Assembly: GCA_018303265.1 (NCBI GenBank)
Contig: JAGVYN010000012.1
Coordinates: 1-50,557 of the forward strand
Length of the DNA: 50,557 nt
Source of the DNA: Candidatus Woesearchaeota archaeon
GTDB lineage: Archaea > Nanobdellota > Nanobdellia > Woesearchaeales > GW2011-AR9
Direction: 5' to 3'
Below, one piece after another: positions 9,539-18,894 of the stretch (position 1 is the first letter of the stretch; every line of letters begins with the position of its first letter). The position numbers and the translations under genes are program-made. A model generated the notes under the pieces. The model did no database searches. It was not told where the DNA came from and was given only the letters and a program-made list of their open reading frames with translations.

Positions 9539-10428
9539 TTGAACGCGGTTTTATTGCTCAGAAAACAAAAGAATTGTACATCAAGAAATACATCGAAGAA
9601 AAGCTTCGCGGGGTAGAAATATCCCAAATCACTCTTAAAAAGATCCCTTTAGGCGAGAAAATAATTATCCACACAAACCGCCCCAGTCTTATTGTCGGTG
9701 CCAAAGGGTCAAACATTAAAGCTTTGACTAAAACACTTAAAAAAGATTTTAATTTAGAGAATCCTCAGATAGAAATTAATGAAGTAAAAGACATTTTTCT
9801 GGATGCTCATATTGTCGCGCAGCGTATTGCCAGTTCTTTGGAACGGTTTGGTTCTGCTCGATTCAAAGGAGTAGGCCATAAAGTAATGGAAAATGTGTTG
9901 AATTCTGGCGCTCTGGGCATAGAATTGATTATCTCGGGAAAAATTCCTGGAGCAAGGGCGAAAAGCTGGCGTTTTTATCAAGGTTATATAAAGAAATGCG
10001 GCGATATTGCTTTAACAGGTGTTCGGCATGCGCAAACTACTGCCTTACTGAAAAGCGGCATTATCGGCATAAAAGTATCTATTATGCCTCCGGACTTAGT
10101 GTTGCCGGATCATGTTGAAATATTATCTGAACCTATAACAGTTCTGGAAGAAACAACTGAGAAAACTGAAGAAGAGGCAAGTGAAACAACAGTAGCCTCG
10201 ACAAAAAAGAAAAAATCGTCTCGAAAAACAGAAACAGCAGAGAAGAAAGTGGAAAAGAGTAAGCGTAAGAAGAACATGACTGAAGAGAAAAAAGAAGACG
10301 CCGTTGCTCAGGAAAAAGTGGCTGTTCCTGAAATGGAAAATAAAACAGAAGCTGCGAAAGAAGAAGGGAAAGAAGAAAGCGAAGAGCAAGTTCCTTCTTC
10401 ATCACAACAATCAGAAACAGAAGAATAA
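9535..10428 (+). CDS. rps3: 30S ribosomal protein S3 (uS3) with a charged C-terminal extension
   Basis: RPSLIVGAKG, GIELIISGKI, GIIGIKVSIM. Confidence 0.97.
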   Translation: MIERGFIAQKTKELYIKKYIEEKLRGVEISQITLKKIPLGEKIIIHTNRPSLIVGAKGSNIKALTKTLKKDFNLENPQIEINEVKDIFLDAHIVAQRIASSLERFGSARFKGVGHKVMENVLNSGALGIELIISGKIPGARAKSWRFYQGYIKKCGDIALTGVRHAQTTALLKSGIIGIKVSIMPPDLVLPDHVEILSEPITVLEETTEKTEEEASETTVASTKKKKSSRKTETAEKKVEKSKRKKNMTEEKKEDAVAQEKVAVPEMENKTEAAKEEGKEESEEQVPSSSQQSETEE

Positions 10429-10444
10429 CGAGAACAACTGAAAA

Positions 10445-10648
10445 ATGAAAATAACAAAACAATTACGTTCCTCTTCAGCTGAGGATCTAATGACAAGATT
10501 GGAAGAATTTAAAAAAGAACTCTCTAAACTCAACGTTCAAGTAGCGACTGGTGCCGTTGCTTCCAGTTCAGGAAAATTAAGACAGACAAAAAAAAATATC
10601 GCTCGGGTCTTAACATTGCTTAAAGAGAAGGAGGTTAAGTCGATATAA
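10445..10648 (+). CDS. rpl29: 50S ribosomal protein L29 (uL29)
   Basis: KKNIARVLT; operon position. Confidence 0.95.
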   Translation: MKITKQLRSSSAEDLMTRLEEFKKELSKLNVQVATGAVASSSGKLRQTKKNIARVLTLLKEKEVKSI

Positions 10649-10650
10649 CG

Positions 10651-10956
10651 ATGGTTGGCGTGTGTAATCAATGTGGTTTACCTCAAGATTTGTGCGTCTG
10701 TGAAACTATCGCCCGTGAGCAGCAAAAAATTACCGTGAAATCAGAGAAAAGAAAATTTGGAAAAATGTACACTATCGTCAGCGGCTTCAAGAAGGAAGTT
10801 AATATTAATGATATTGTTAAAAAACTGAAAAACAAATTCGCCTGCGGCGGAACGGTCAAAGGAAAGCAAATTGAATTGCAGGGCAATCACAAATCAAAGA
10901 TGAAAAGTGCCTTGACTGATCTTGGTTTCCCGGAAGAGACCATTGATGTAGGATAG
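10651..10956 (+). CDS. sui1: Translation initiation factor SUI1/aIF1
   Basis: CNQCGLPQDLCVC, FACGGT, IELQGNH. Confidence 0.95.
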   Translation: MVGVCNQCGLPQDLCVCETIAREQQKITVKSEKRKFGKMYTIVSGFKKEVNINDIVKKLKNKFACGGTVKGKQIELQGNHKSKMKSALTDLGFPEETIDVG

Positions 10957-11035
10957 AGAAAAGAGATGGGATGGAGAAAATGTCGGCAATGGCCGCATTT
11001 CATCAAAACAGTCCTGTTTTGGTTAGGAAAGATAC

Positions 11036-11290
11036 ATGGGAAAGAAAAAAATATTCCCTCACGAGCTCATCGGAGAGGAAATACGTGTTGTCAATTCCAC
11101 GAATAAAAGCCATCTGGGCATGGTGGGAAAAGTGGTTGATGAAACAAAGTCAACCCTTAGAATTGATCAGGACGGAGACACAAAAGTCCTCCTGAAGGAC
11201 AATATCACGTTCAAAATCACAAGGACCGGCGAGATCCTTGCTGGCAAAGATCTCCTCAGACGACCTGAGGACAGGATGAAAGGAAAATGA
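11036..11290 (+). CDS. rnp1: Ribonuclease P protein component 1 (Rpp29/Pop4)
   Basis: HELIG, GKVVDETK, RPEDR; conserved position between sui1 and rps17. Confidence 0.92.
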   Translation: MGKKKIFPHELIGEEIRVVNSTNKSHLGMVGKVVDETKSTLRIDQDGDTKVLLKDNITFKITRTGEILAGKDLLRRPEDRMKGK

Positions 11291-11724
11291 CATCAGAACA
11301 AGAACATAAAGTAAAAAAGGAAATTTTAGGATTTCCCGCCCCGGCGCGGGCTTTTGATAGTAAATACTATGACAAGAATTGTCCATTCACTGGCGGCCTT
11401 ACCGTTAAAAAAGAATTGTTGAAAGGCAAAGTCATTCGACGCGACATCAATAAATCTGCAACTATCGAATGGCATCGTCCTTACTATATCCCTAAATACG
11501 AACGGTATGAAATGCGGCGCTCACGTCTCCGTGTCCATAATCCTCCGGCACTTGATGCTCAGGTGGGACAAACAGTCGTCGTTGCTCGAACTAGGCCATT
11601 GAGCAAAACAAAAAATTACGTGATTATTCATGTTGTTGAGGAAGCAGCAACCACGGAGGCAACTAAAACCTCCCCTGCTTCATCTGAAAAAAATAATCCC
11701 AAAAAGAAAGAAACAAGAGCGTAA
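11287..11724 (+). CDS. rps17: 30S ribosomal protein S17 (uS17)
   Basis: DKNCPFTG, PKYERYE, HNPP, RPLSKTK. Confidence 0.96.
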   Translation: MTSEQEHKVKKEILGFPAPARAFDSKYYDKNCPFTGGLTVKKELLKGKVIRRDINKSATIEWHRPYYIPKYERYEMRRSRLRVHNPPALDAQVGQTVVVARTRPLSKTKNYVIIHVVEEAATTEATKTSPASSEKNNPKKKETRA

Positions 11725-11733
11725 AAAAAGAAA

Positions 11734-12135
11734 ATGAAAGCATTAAAAAGTAGAATTACCCGATCCTTGCCCACTGAGGCCTTTGTTGCTACATGCGATA
11801 ATTCCGGCGCTAAAGTCCTGAAGATCTTTTCCGTGAAGGGACATAAAACCGTGCGAGGACGTATTCCGGCAGCAGGCATTGGAGATATGGTTCTGGCTTC
11901 CGTTAAGAAAGGAAAACTAGAATTGCGTAAGACCGTCGTATTGGCAGTTATTGTACGTCAAAGAAAAGAATACCGCCGAGCTGATGGAATGAGAGTTAAA
12001 TTCGAAGACAATGCCGCTGTTGTCTTAAAAGATGAAAAAGGAAATCCCAAAGGGACGATATTTAAAGGCCCCATCGCCAAAGAAGTTGCCGAACGCTGGC
12101 CGGCAGTAGCGAAAGTCGCGCATATGGTAGTGTAG
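11734..12135 (+). CDS. rpl14: 50S ribosomal protein L14 (uL14)
   Basis: DNSGAK, VKFEDNAAV, KGPIAKEVAERWP. Confidence 0.97.
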   Translation: MKALKSRITRSLPTEAFVATCDNSGAKVLKIFSVKGHKTVRGRIPAAGIGDMVLASVKKGKLELRKTVVLAVIVRQRKEYRRADGMRVKFEDNAAVVLKDEKGNPKGTIFKGPIAKEVAERWPAVAKVAHMVV

Positions 12136-12144
12136 GATCAAATA

Positions 12145-12606
12145 ATGGCAAAAAATACATTTTCAACAACATGGAACAGAAGCATCCAACCACGCAAACA
12201 ACGTAAATACAGGTACAACGCTCCATTGCATGTTCAGAAAAATATGATGCATGTTCATCTTGCTTCCCCATTACGTGAGAAGTATGGTCTTCGCAGAATC
12301 CAGGCAAGAAAAGGAGACAAAGTAAGGGTTGTTCGCGGCCAGTTTAAGAAAAAAGAAGGGGCAATCGAACGTGTTAACATCAAGCGGCAGAAAGTGTTTG
12401 TTTCCGGTATTGGTTTTATAAAAAAAGATGGAACCAAATCGGCAGCGCCCATTAACCCTTCCAATTTATTGGTCCTGGAAGCCGATCTTAGCGATAAAAA
12501 ACGCAACAAAATTATTGAACGCGTGAAATCCAACAAATTAAACAAATCCAAAGCATCAACTCCTCAAAATCCAAAAATACAACAGAAAGAGAAAAGTCAA
12601 AAATGA
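12145..12606 (+). CDS. rpl24: 50S ribosomal protein L24 (uL24)
   Basis: SIQPRKQRK, KOW motif RKGDKVRVVRG, PINPSN. Confidence 0.96.
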   Translation: MAKNTFSTTWNRSIQPRKQRKYRYNAPLHVQKNMMHVHLASPLREKYGLRRIQARKGDKVRVVRGQFKKKEGAIERVNIKRQKVFVSGIGFIKKDGTKSAAPINPSNLLVLEADLSDKKRNKIIERVKSNKLNKSKASTPQNPKIQQKEKSQK

Positions 12607-13292
12607 AAAATCACTTAAAACGAATTGCCGCACCACGGACGTGGGTGCTGAATAGAAAACAGAACACCTTTATCGTTAGACCCAACGCAGGAGGTCATCC
12701 TTTAAGCTATGGTCTGCCTTTAGGTCTTGTTGTTCGTGATATTCTGCAATTGGCAACAACAATGAGTGAGACAAAAAAGCTTCTCCACAATAAAACTATT
12801 CTTGTTGATGGAAGACAGCGGAAGGATCCTCGTTTTATTGTCGGCTTGTTTGATGTTCTTTCCCTTCCTGATATTCACAAACAATATCGAATTACGCTTG
12901 ATAAAAAAGGAAAGCTTTGTCTTATTGAAATCACGAAAGAAGAAAGTATCTTTAAATTGGGCAAAGTAGTTGGTAAAACGATGATTTCCAAAGGTAAAAC
13001 ACAGTTACATTTTCATGATGGGAAGAATCTCCTTGTTGAGAAAACAGCAAAAGTGGGTGATACTCTCGTGTTGAGTTTACCTGACTTGCAAGTTAAAGAA
13101 ATCATGCCTCTCAAAGAAGGTTCAGCTGTCTTTTTAATAAAAGGGAAGCATAGCGGGGATGTAGGAACATTAAAAGAAATTAAAGGGAAACAAGCGGTTT
13201 ACACCGTTGGAAATGCCTCTATTGAAACAGCGACGGACTACTTGTTCATTATCGGCAAAGATAAACCATTTATGAAAGTAGAAAAAATATGA
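12603..13292 (+). CDS. rps4e: 30S ribosomal protein S4e (eS4)
   Basis: HLKRIAAPRTW, VDGRQRKD, GKHSG. Confidence 0.96.
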   Translation: MKNHLKRIAAPRTWVLNRKQNTFIVRPNAGGHPLSYGLPLGLVVRDILQLATTMSETKKLLHNKTILVDGRQRKDPRFIVGLFDVLSLPDIHKQYRITLDKKGKLCLIEITKEESIFKLGKVVGKTMISKGKTQLHFHDGKNLLVEKTAKVGDTLVLSLPDLQVKEIMPLKEGSAVFLIKGKHSGDVGTLKEIKGKQAVYTVGNASIETATDYLFIIGKDKPFMKVEKI

Positions 13293-13816
13293 ACATGGCA
13301 AAAGCACAAAAAGATAATCCTATGAAAAGCATTCGCATTGCAAAAGTCACACTTAATATAGGTGCGGGAAAAGATGAAGATCTGCTTAAAAAAGGTCTTA
13401 AGCTGTTGCGAAAGCTTTCTCCGCTCACTCCCGTGAAAACTGTTGCAAAAAAAAGAATTCCAGCCTGGGGATTACGTCCTGGATTAGCCATAGGCTGTAA
13501 AGTCACTATCAGAAAAAACACAGATCTTTTACTAAAACAACTTATGGCAGCGAAAGAAAACACCTTATCTGAGAATAACTTTGATGAAAACGGCAATTTT
13601 TCATTTGGTGTTCCTGAATATATTGATATTGCTGGCTTGGAATATGATCCGGAATTAAAAATTATGGGTTTGGAAGTAGCGGTGACTTTGGAACGGTCAG
13701 GATACAGGATCAAAAACAGGAAAATAAAACCCTGTAAAATTGGCCAAGCGCACGTTATTACCAAAGAAGAAGCAATTACCTTTGTTCAACAAAATTTGAA
13801 AGTGGAGGTCCACTAA
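13289..13816 (+). CDS. rpl5: 50S ribosomal protein L5 (uL5)
   Basis: [33 protein letters not shown]. Confidence 0.97.
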   Translation: MNMAKAQKDNPMKSIRIAKVTLNIGAGKDEDLLKKGLKLLRKLSPLTPVKTVAKKRIPAWGLRPGLAIGCKVTIRKNTDLLLKQLMAAKENTLSENNFDENGNFSFGVPEYIDIAGLEYDPELKIMGLEVAVTLERSGYRIKNRKIKPCKIGQAHVITKEEAITFVQQNLKVEVH

Positions 13817-13838
13817 TCTAAGTGAGCAATTTCGTAAA

Positions 13839-14069
13839 ATGACAACAAGCGACTGGAAAAAGATGTTTACGCAATTGGACGCGAAACCGATTAAAAAAGC
13901 AAAATATATCAAATTCAACTCCCCTGAGAAAAGATCTTGTGGCATTGCGTTGCGCAAATGTAAAAATTGCGGTCGCATGCGCGGCCATATTAACAAATAC
14001 GGTCTCCATATATGTCGTCAATGTTTTAGGGAGATGGCGACGGGGTTGGGATTTAAGAAATTTAGCTAG
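13839..14069 (+). CDS. rps14: 30S ribosomal protein S14 (uS14, zinc-binding)
   Basis: CKNCG...[13 protein letters not shown]. Confidence 0.95.
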   Translation: MTTSDWKKMFTQLDAKPIKKAKYIKFNSPEKRSCGIALRKCKNCGRMRGHINKYGLHICRQCFREMATGLGFKKFS

Positions 14070-14080
14070 GTGAATTAAAA

Positions 14081-14470
14081 ATGTTAAATGATCCATTGGC
14101 AGCTGCCTTAACAAAAATCTTGAACGCGGAACGCGTTGGAAAACGCGAAGTAGTGATTAAACCGGCTTCCAATACTCTCAAGAAAATACTTTCAATTATG
14201 AATGAACACCAATTCATCGGCTCTTTTGAAGAAATTGACGCTCGGCAAGGCGGTTTCTTGAAAGTCCATTTGTTGGGAAGTATAAATCGCTGTGGGGTTA
14301 TTAAGCCTCGCTTTTCCACAAAGATGAAAGAATTTGAAAAGTGGGAAAAGCGGTATTTGCCAGCAAGAGATTTCGGGATTATCTTAATCTCGACACCACA
14401 AGGCATTATGACTCACTCTCAGGCAAAAAATATCAATATTGGAGGAAAACTTATCGCGTACTGTTATTAA
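14081..14470 (+). CDS. rps8: 30S ribosomal protein S8 (uS8)
   Basis: DPLAAAL, INRCGVIKPRF, STPQGIMTH. Confidence 0.97.
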   Translation: MLNDPLAAALTKILNAERVGKREVVIKPASNTLKKILSIMNEHQFIGSFEEIDARQGGFLKVHLLGSINRCGVIKPRFSTKMKEFEKWEKRYLPARDFGIILISTPQGIMTHSQAKNINIGGKLIAYCY

Positions 14471-14548
14471 ACCGGCTCGCTATAAATATCAATCACCATA
14501 CGCTCAACAATCAATATCAATTTAATGTAGGCTATAAACTAACTAACA

Positions 14549-15091
14549 ATGAAAGCAGATTTACATTTGGAAATTGAACTTACTGGCGGCGTAACAGCTA
14601 CAAAGAACGGTTTCATGTTAGTTATTAAAGGACAGAAAGGCGAAACAAAGAGAGAATATACACATCCTCATATCTCTTTTGAGGTGAAAGGAAATAAAAT
14701 AATTTTAGCTGCCGTAAAAGCAACCAAACGAGAAAAAAAAATCATGAATTCATTTGAAGCTCATATTAAAAATATGATTAAAGGTGTGCAGGAACCGCAT
14801 ATTTACAAACTTAGAATCTGTTCAGGACACTTCCCCATGAACGTCAGTATTTCCGGACAGGAATTAATTATTAAAAACTTCCTGGGAGAATCTGTTCCTC
14901 GCAAAGTCACGATACTTCCCGGTGCTGATGTGAAAGTGAACGGTACTGAAATAATTGTGAGTGGTTCCGATAAAGAAGTAGCGGGCCAAACTGCCGCTCG
15001 GATAGAAAATCTTTGCCGGATCACGAATCGTGATCGCAGGATTTTCCAGGATGGATGTTATATTATTGAAAAAGCAGGCAAGAGTATCTAG
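14549..15091 (+). CDS. rpl6: 50S ribosomal protein L6 (uL6)
   Basis: HFPMNV, NFLGE, DRRIFQDGCYI. Confidence 0.97.
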   Translation: MKADLHLEIELTGGVTATKNGFMLVIKGQKGETKREYTHPHISFEVKGNKIILAAVKATKREKKIMNSFEAHIKNMIKGVQEPHIYKLRICSGHFPMNVSISGQELIIKNFLGESVPRKVTILPGADVKVNGTEIIVSGSDKEVAGQTAARIENLCRITNRDRRIFQDGCYIIEKAGKSI

Positions 15092-15094
15092 AAT

Positions 15095-15706
15095 ATGAAA
15101 TCAGAAGCCCTTCAGAAAAGAAAGAAAAAACCAGATTTTGTGGTAAAAGAATCAAAATTTGTAGCGAGAGTTAAGAAACGCTGGCGATTTCCTCGCGGCA
15201 TGCATTCTGCCGTACGACAGTATAATAGGGGAAGACCAGCATTGCCTACTCCCGGCTACGGCTCGCCTCGAAAAGTATACGGTCTTGATCCATCCGGTCT
15301 ACGGCCTGTTCTTGTTTTTACAGAAGAACAGCTGCTATCCCTCACTCCGAAAGAAGGTGCTGTCATCCCTTCAACTGTTGGCAATAAAAAAAAGGTTTCG
15401 CTTCTGACAAAAGCCCAGGAGAAGAAAATACGCGTCTTGAATGTGAAAGATGTTGCGGCGTCCTTGGAAAAAATCAATAAAGCGTTTGAAGAACGGAAAA
15501 GAGTGAAACGTGAAAAAAAGAAAGTAAAGGAAACAAAAGAAGAAGAGAAGAAAAAGAAAGCGAAAGAAAAAGCGAAAGAAGAAACGACAGCTGCGGCAAA
15601 GAAAAGTGAAGAGAAGAGCGGAGAAGAAATAAGCAAGGATGAACAACAGATGAAGAAAGAAGAACAGCAGAAAGAAGCTGAAAAAACAATAATCAAAAAG
15701 CAATAA
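15095..15706 (+). CDS. rpl32e: 50S ribosomal protein L32e (eL32) with a Lys/Glu-rich tail
   Basis: WRFPRGMHS, GYGSP, GLDPSG; operon position. Confidence 0.93.
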   Translation: MKSEALQKRKKKPDFVVKESKFVARVKKRWRFPRGMHSAVRQYNRGRPALPTPGYGSPRKVYGLDPSGLRPVLVFTEEQLLSLTPKEGAVIPSTVGNKKKVSLLTKAQEKKIRVLNVKDVAASLEKINKAFEERKRVKREKKKVKETKEEEKKKKAKEKAKEETTAAAKKSEEKSGEEISKDEQQMKKEEQQKEAEKTIIKKQ

Positions 15707-15764
15707 CCAAAATAACAATAATCAAAAAGCAATAACCAAAATAACAACAATCAAAAAGCAATAA
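15685..15764 (+). repeat. 29-bp tandem repeat (about 2.8 copies) copying the rpl32e 3' end
   Basis: AACAATAATCAAAAAGCAATAACCAAAAT at 15685 and 15714; partial copy at 15743. Confidence 0.9.
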
Positions 15765-15792
15765 AAAACAGCAGTAAAAAAAAGAATTTACC

Positions 15793-16266
15793 ATGAAACA
15801 AAAGAAAAAATTAGCAGCCAAGATCCTGAAAACATCGTATAAGAAAATCAAATTTAATACTGATGCTCTTGACGACATCAAAAAGGCTATTACAAGATCA
15901 GATCTACGAGGGTTAATTGCAGTAGGTAAAATTACAAGGAGTAATAAAAACAGCCAATCTCATGTTCGTGCGCGAAAGATGGCGGCGCAGAAGAGAAAAG
16001 GTCGACGTAAGAATAAGGGCAGTAAAAAAGGAAGCAAACACGCCACCGTAAGCAGGAAAGAAACATGGATGTCGCGAATTCGGACCCAGCGAGCATTTCT
16101 TCACGAGTTGCGTGATAAAAGTTTGCTCTCCAGAGAAAATTACAAAGGGCTTTATCTCAAATGTAAAGGCGGTTATTTTCGGAATAAACGTCATATTAAG
16201 ATGTATATCACCGAGCACCACTTAGTTGAGAAACAGAATGCCGATAAAAATGAGAAGGAGAAATAA
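15793..16266 (+). CDS. rpl19e: 50S ribosomal protein L19e (eL19)
   Basis: AITRSDLR, GSKKG, WMSRIR, YLKCKGGYF. Confidence 0.95.
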   Translation: MKQKKKLAAKILKTSYKKIKFNTDALDDIKKAITRSDLRGLIAVGKITRSNKNSQSHVRARKMAAQKRKGRRKNKGSKKGSKHATVSRKETWMSRIRTQRAFLHELRDKSLLSRENYKGLYLKCKGGYFRNKRHIKMYITEHHLVEKQNADKNEKEK

Positions 16267-16385
16267 GATAAATAAATGAGAGATAAAAAGATATATACCA
16301 ATACCATCTCAAACTACATACAAATAAAGATCAAAACAGAAATAAAGTCAAAAAACATACTGTCTAAAAACAAAGGATAAAAACA

Positions 16386-16964
16386 ATGGTGCAGAAAAAA
16401 CCTAAAAAAGTATTGTACCGCAGAAAACGTGGGAATCATACCGATTACGCAAAGCGTCTGAAATTGCTTATTTCTGGTAAACCGCGTGTTGTGGTGCGCT
16501 TTACCAATCAGCGGATAATCGCTCAGCTGGCGCATTTTACTGTTGGTGGGGACAAGGTTGATTTAACCGTAGATTCTTCTCTCTTACGTAAGTTAGGATG
16601 GTCTTATTCATATAAGAATATTCCTGCAGCGTATCTCACTGGTTTGCTCTTTGGCAAGAAAGTATTGGAAAAAAAACAATCAGAAGCAATTCTTGATACT
16701 GGATTTAAGACTCCTTTAAAGCAAGGAAAAGTCTTTGCTTTTTTGAAAGGTGTTCTTGATGCAGGAGTAGAGATCCCGCATAAAGAAGAAATCTTTCCTT
16801 CTGAAGAGCGCCTGAGCGGTAAACATATCCAAGATTACGCACAATCTTGCAAGAATAAAGCGGGCTTGTATGAAACAAGATTTGCGCAATATTTAAAAAA
16901 TAAATCTTTGCCTGAGGATATAACAAAGCAATTTACTAAAGTTAAACAAAATATCATTAAATAA
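16386..16964 (+). CDS. rpl18: 50S ribosomal protein L18 (uL18)
   Basis: TDYAKRLKL, NIPAAYLTG, FAFLKGVLDAG. Confidence 0.96.
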   Translation: MVQKKPKKVLYRRKRGNHTDYAKRLKLLISGKPRVVVRFTNQRIIAQLAHFTVGGDKVDLTVDSSLLRKLGWSYSYKNIPAAYLTGLLFGKKVLEKKQSEAILDTGFKTPLKQGKVFAFLKGVLDAGVEIPHKEEIFPSEERLSGKHIQDYAQSCKNKAGLYETRFAQYLKNKSLPEDITKQFTKVKQNIIK

Positions 16965-17031
16965 AACATAATTAAATAAAACTAAAGAGATATAAAGAGA
17001 TATTTAAATAAAACTAAAGGGATATTTCAAA

Positions 17032-17847
17032 ATGGTTCAAGAAACGGGAGATAAAAAGGAAATAGTCGTTATGAAAGAAGTTCCATTGAAGGAAGTAGAC
17101 TGGAAACCAGTGACTGCTCTGGGAAAACTTGTCAAAGAAGGAAAGATATCTAGCATAGAAGAGGTTTTTGCTTTGGGACATCTAATCCTAGAACCAAAAA
17201 TTGTTGATATTCTTCTTCCTAATCTGCAAGAAGATTTGCTTCTTATTGGTCAAGCTAAGGGTAAGTTTGGAGGAGGAAAACGCCGAATCTTCCGTCAGAC
17301 GCAGAAAAAAACATCTGAAGGAAATAAAATGAAGTTCACAACCTGTGCGGTGGTTGGAAATCGCGATGGGTATGTCGGAGTTGCTGTTGGAAAAAGCAAG
17401 GAAACAGTTCCATCGAGAGATAAAGCAAAACAAAAGGCCCGTCTTAATTTGATACGTGTTCGACGTGGCTGTGGAAGTTGGGAGTCAGATGCAGCAGAAC
17501 CTAATTCTATTCCTTTTGCAGTAGAAGGAAGATGCGGTTCTGTACGTATTACGTTAATGCCCGCTCCCCGCGGTAAAGGGTTGTGTGTTGAAAAAGAATG
17601 CGCTAAAATATTGGAATTAGCTGGAATCAAAGATATTTGGAGCAAAACAAAAGGACAGACCAAAACGAAATTAAATCTCATTTATGCTTTAGTTGATGCG
17701 CTCAAAAAATTATCCGAAGTAAAAGTAAAACCTGTAGATATCACCAAGTTATGTATAATTGAAGGGAAGCTTAAATCAGAAGAAATCATTCCTGATTCTG
17801 TTTCTACGAAGACGAGTGTGCAGCAACAGGAAGCAATAGAGGCATAA
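17032..17847 (+). CDS. rps5: 30S ribosomal protein S5 (uS5)
   Basis: WKPVTALG, VGNRDGYVG, RGCGSWE, PAPRGKGL. Confidence 0.96.
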   Translation: MVQETGDKKEIVVMKEVPLKEVDWKPVTALGKLVKEGKISSIEEVFALGHLILEPKIVDILLPNLQEDLLLIGQAKGKFGGGKRRIFRQTQKKTSEGNKMKFTTCAVVGNRDGYVGVAVGKSKETVPSRDKAKQKARLNLIRVRRGCGSWESDAAEPNSIPFAVEGRCGSVRITLMPAPRGKGLCVEKECAKILELAGIKDIWSKTKGQTKTKLNLIYALVDALKKLSEVKVKPVDITKLCIIEGKLKSEEIIPDSVSTKTSVQQQEAIEA

Positions 17848-18401
17848 TGGCAGAAAAAGGTACAATGGCAGAAAAAAAAGAAATTGCAGGAGGGTTCCCA
17901 GGTTCTTCAAAAGGCACCTCTAGTCCAGCTCCCTCTAGTTCAGCGTCATCCAATCCATCCAAAGAGAGGACTGCTCCGGGAAAAATTGCCGTTGTTCTCG
18001 TTCGCGGTCTTGCCGATGTTACCACGTCCATAAAAGATACACTTTTGCTCCTTCGATTAACACGGAAAAACAAATGTATTGTTGTTGCTGACACGAAAGT
18101 AGCACGAGGCATGCTAAAGAAAGTTAAAGATTATGTTACTTGGGGCACGATTTCTGAAGAAACATTCAATGAACTTCTCTTGAAGAGGGGCCAAGAATAT
18201 AAAGGACCTCTGACTGACAGAAAAGAGAAGTATTCTTATAAAACTCTTGATATACGAGGTAAGAGGTATAAACCTTATTTTACTCTAAACCCGCCGCGTA
18301 AAGGGTTTGGACGGAAAGGCATAAAAATCCCTTTTCATGTAGGTGGTGCATTGGGCGATAGAAAAGAAAAAATGAATGATCTAATTATAAGAATGCTGTA
18401 A
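17847..18401 (+). CDS. rpl30: 50S ribosomal protein L30 (uL30) with a Ser/Pro-rich N-terminal extension
   Basis: IAVVLVRG, KVKDYVTWG, LNPPRKGF, GALG. Confidence 0.95.
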   Translation: MAEKGTMAEKKEIAGGFPGSSKGTSSPAPSSSASSNPSKERTAPGKIAVVLVRGLADVTTSIKDTLLLLRLTRKNKCIVVADTKVARGMLKKVKDYVTWGTISEETFNELLLKRGQEYKGPLTDRKEKYSYKTLDIRGKRYKPYFTLNPPRKGFGRKGIKIPFHVGGALGDRKEKMNDLIIRML

Positions 18402-18436
18402 AATAAGAAGCTGCAAAATAAGAATGATGCTATAAA
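18387..18436 (+). repeat. Three degenerate copies of the rpl30 3' end filling the rpl30-rpl15 spacer
   Basis: ATAAGAATGCTGTAAA / ATAAGAAGCTGCAAA / ATAAGAATGATGCTATAAA. Confidence 0.75.
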
Positions 18437-18892
18437 ATGGTAACATACAAGCGCAAGAAGGTAACCAAGTACCGTGCTCACACTACCCATGGTGGTGGAC
18501 ACCGTAAAAAAAGACGCGGCGCTGGAAGTCGTGGCGGTCGAGGAAGAGCTGGATCTGGAAAACGCGCTGGTCATAAAAAATATGGTATCACCCTAGGTAG
18601 ACATGGATTTGTTCCCCGACGAACGGTAGGGATGCTAAACACGCTTAATGTTGGTTATTTTACAAATGAGAAAATAGCACAGTTGCTTGCTTCTGGTCAA
18701 GCGCACAAAGAAGGACAATATATTTCTATTAACTTGGCACAATTAGGATACTCTAAATTGTTAGGTGCTGGTAACACCGCTGCAAAATTAAAATTACTTG
18801 TTCCACAATGCACGCCACGTGCAGCAGAGAAAGTAAAAGCAGCTGGAGGAGAAGTTACTGTTTCGGAAGCTGGAGAAAAAACTTCTGAATAA
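18437..18892 (+). CDS. rpl15: 50S ribosomal protein L15 (uL15)
   Basis: THGGGHRKKRRGAGSRGGRG, KLLGAG, KVKAAGG. Confidence 0.96.
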   Translation: MVTYKRKKVTKYRAHTTHGGGHRKKRRGAGSRGGRGRAGSGKRAGHKKYGITLGRHGFVPRRTVGMLNTLNVGYFTNEKIAQLLASGQAHKEGQYISINLAQLGYSKLLGAGNTAAKLKLLVPQCTPRAAEKVKAAGGEVTVSEAGEKTSE

Positions 18893-18894
18893 AA

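Noticed and set aside
15256..15750. Hydrophobic Phe/Ser/Leu-rich minus-strand ORFs (also 10123-10496)
   Set aside because: Antisense shadows of Lys/Glu-rich ribosomal protein tails
15685..15764. 29-bp repeats as a mini CRISPR array
   Set aside because: Copies are directly adjacent with no spacers, they overlap the rpl32e stop, and no cas genes are present
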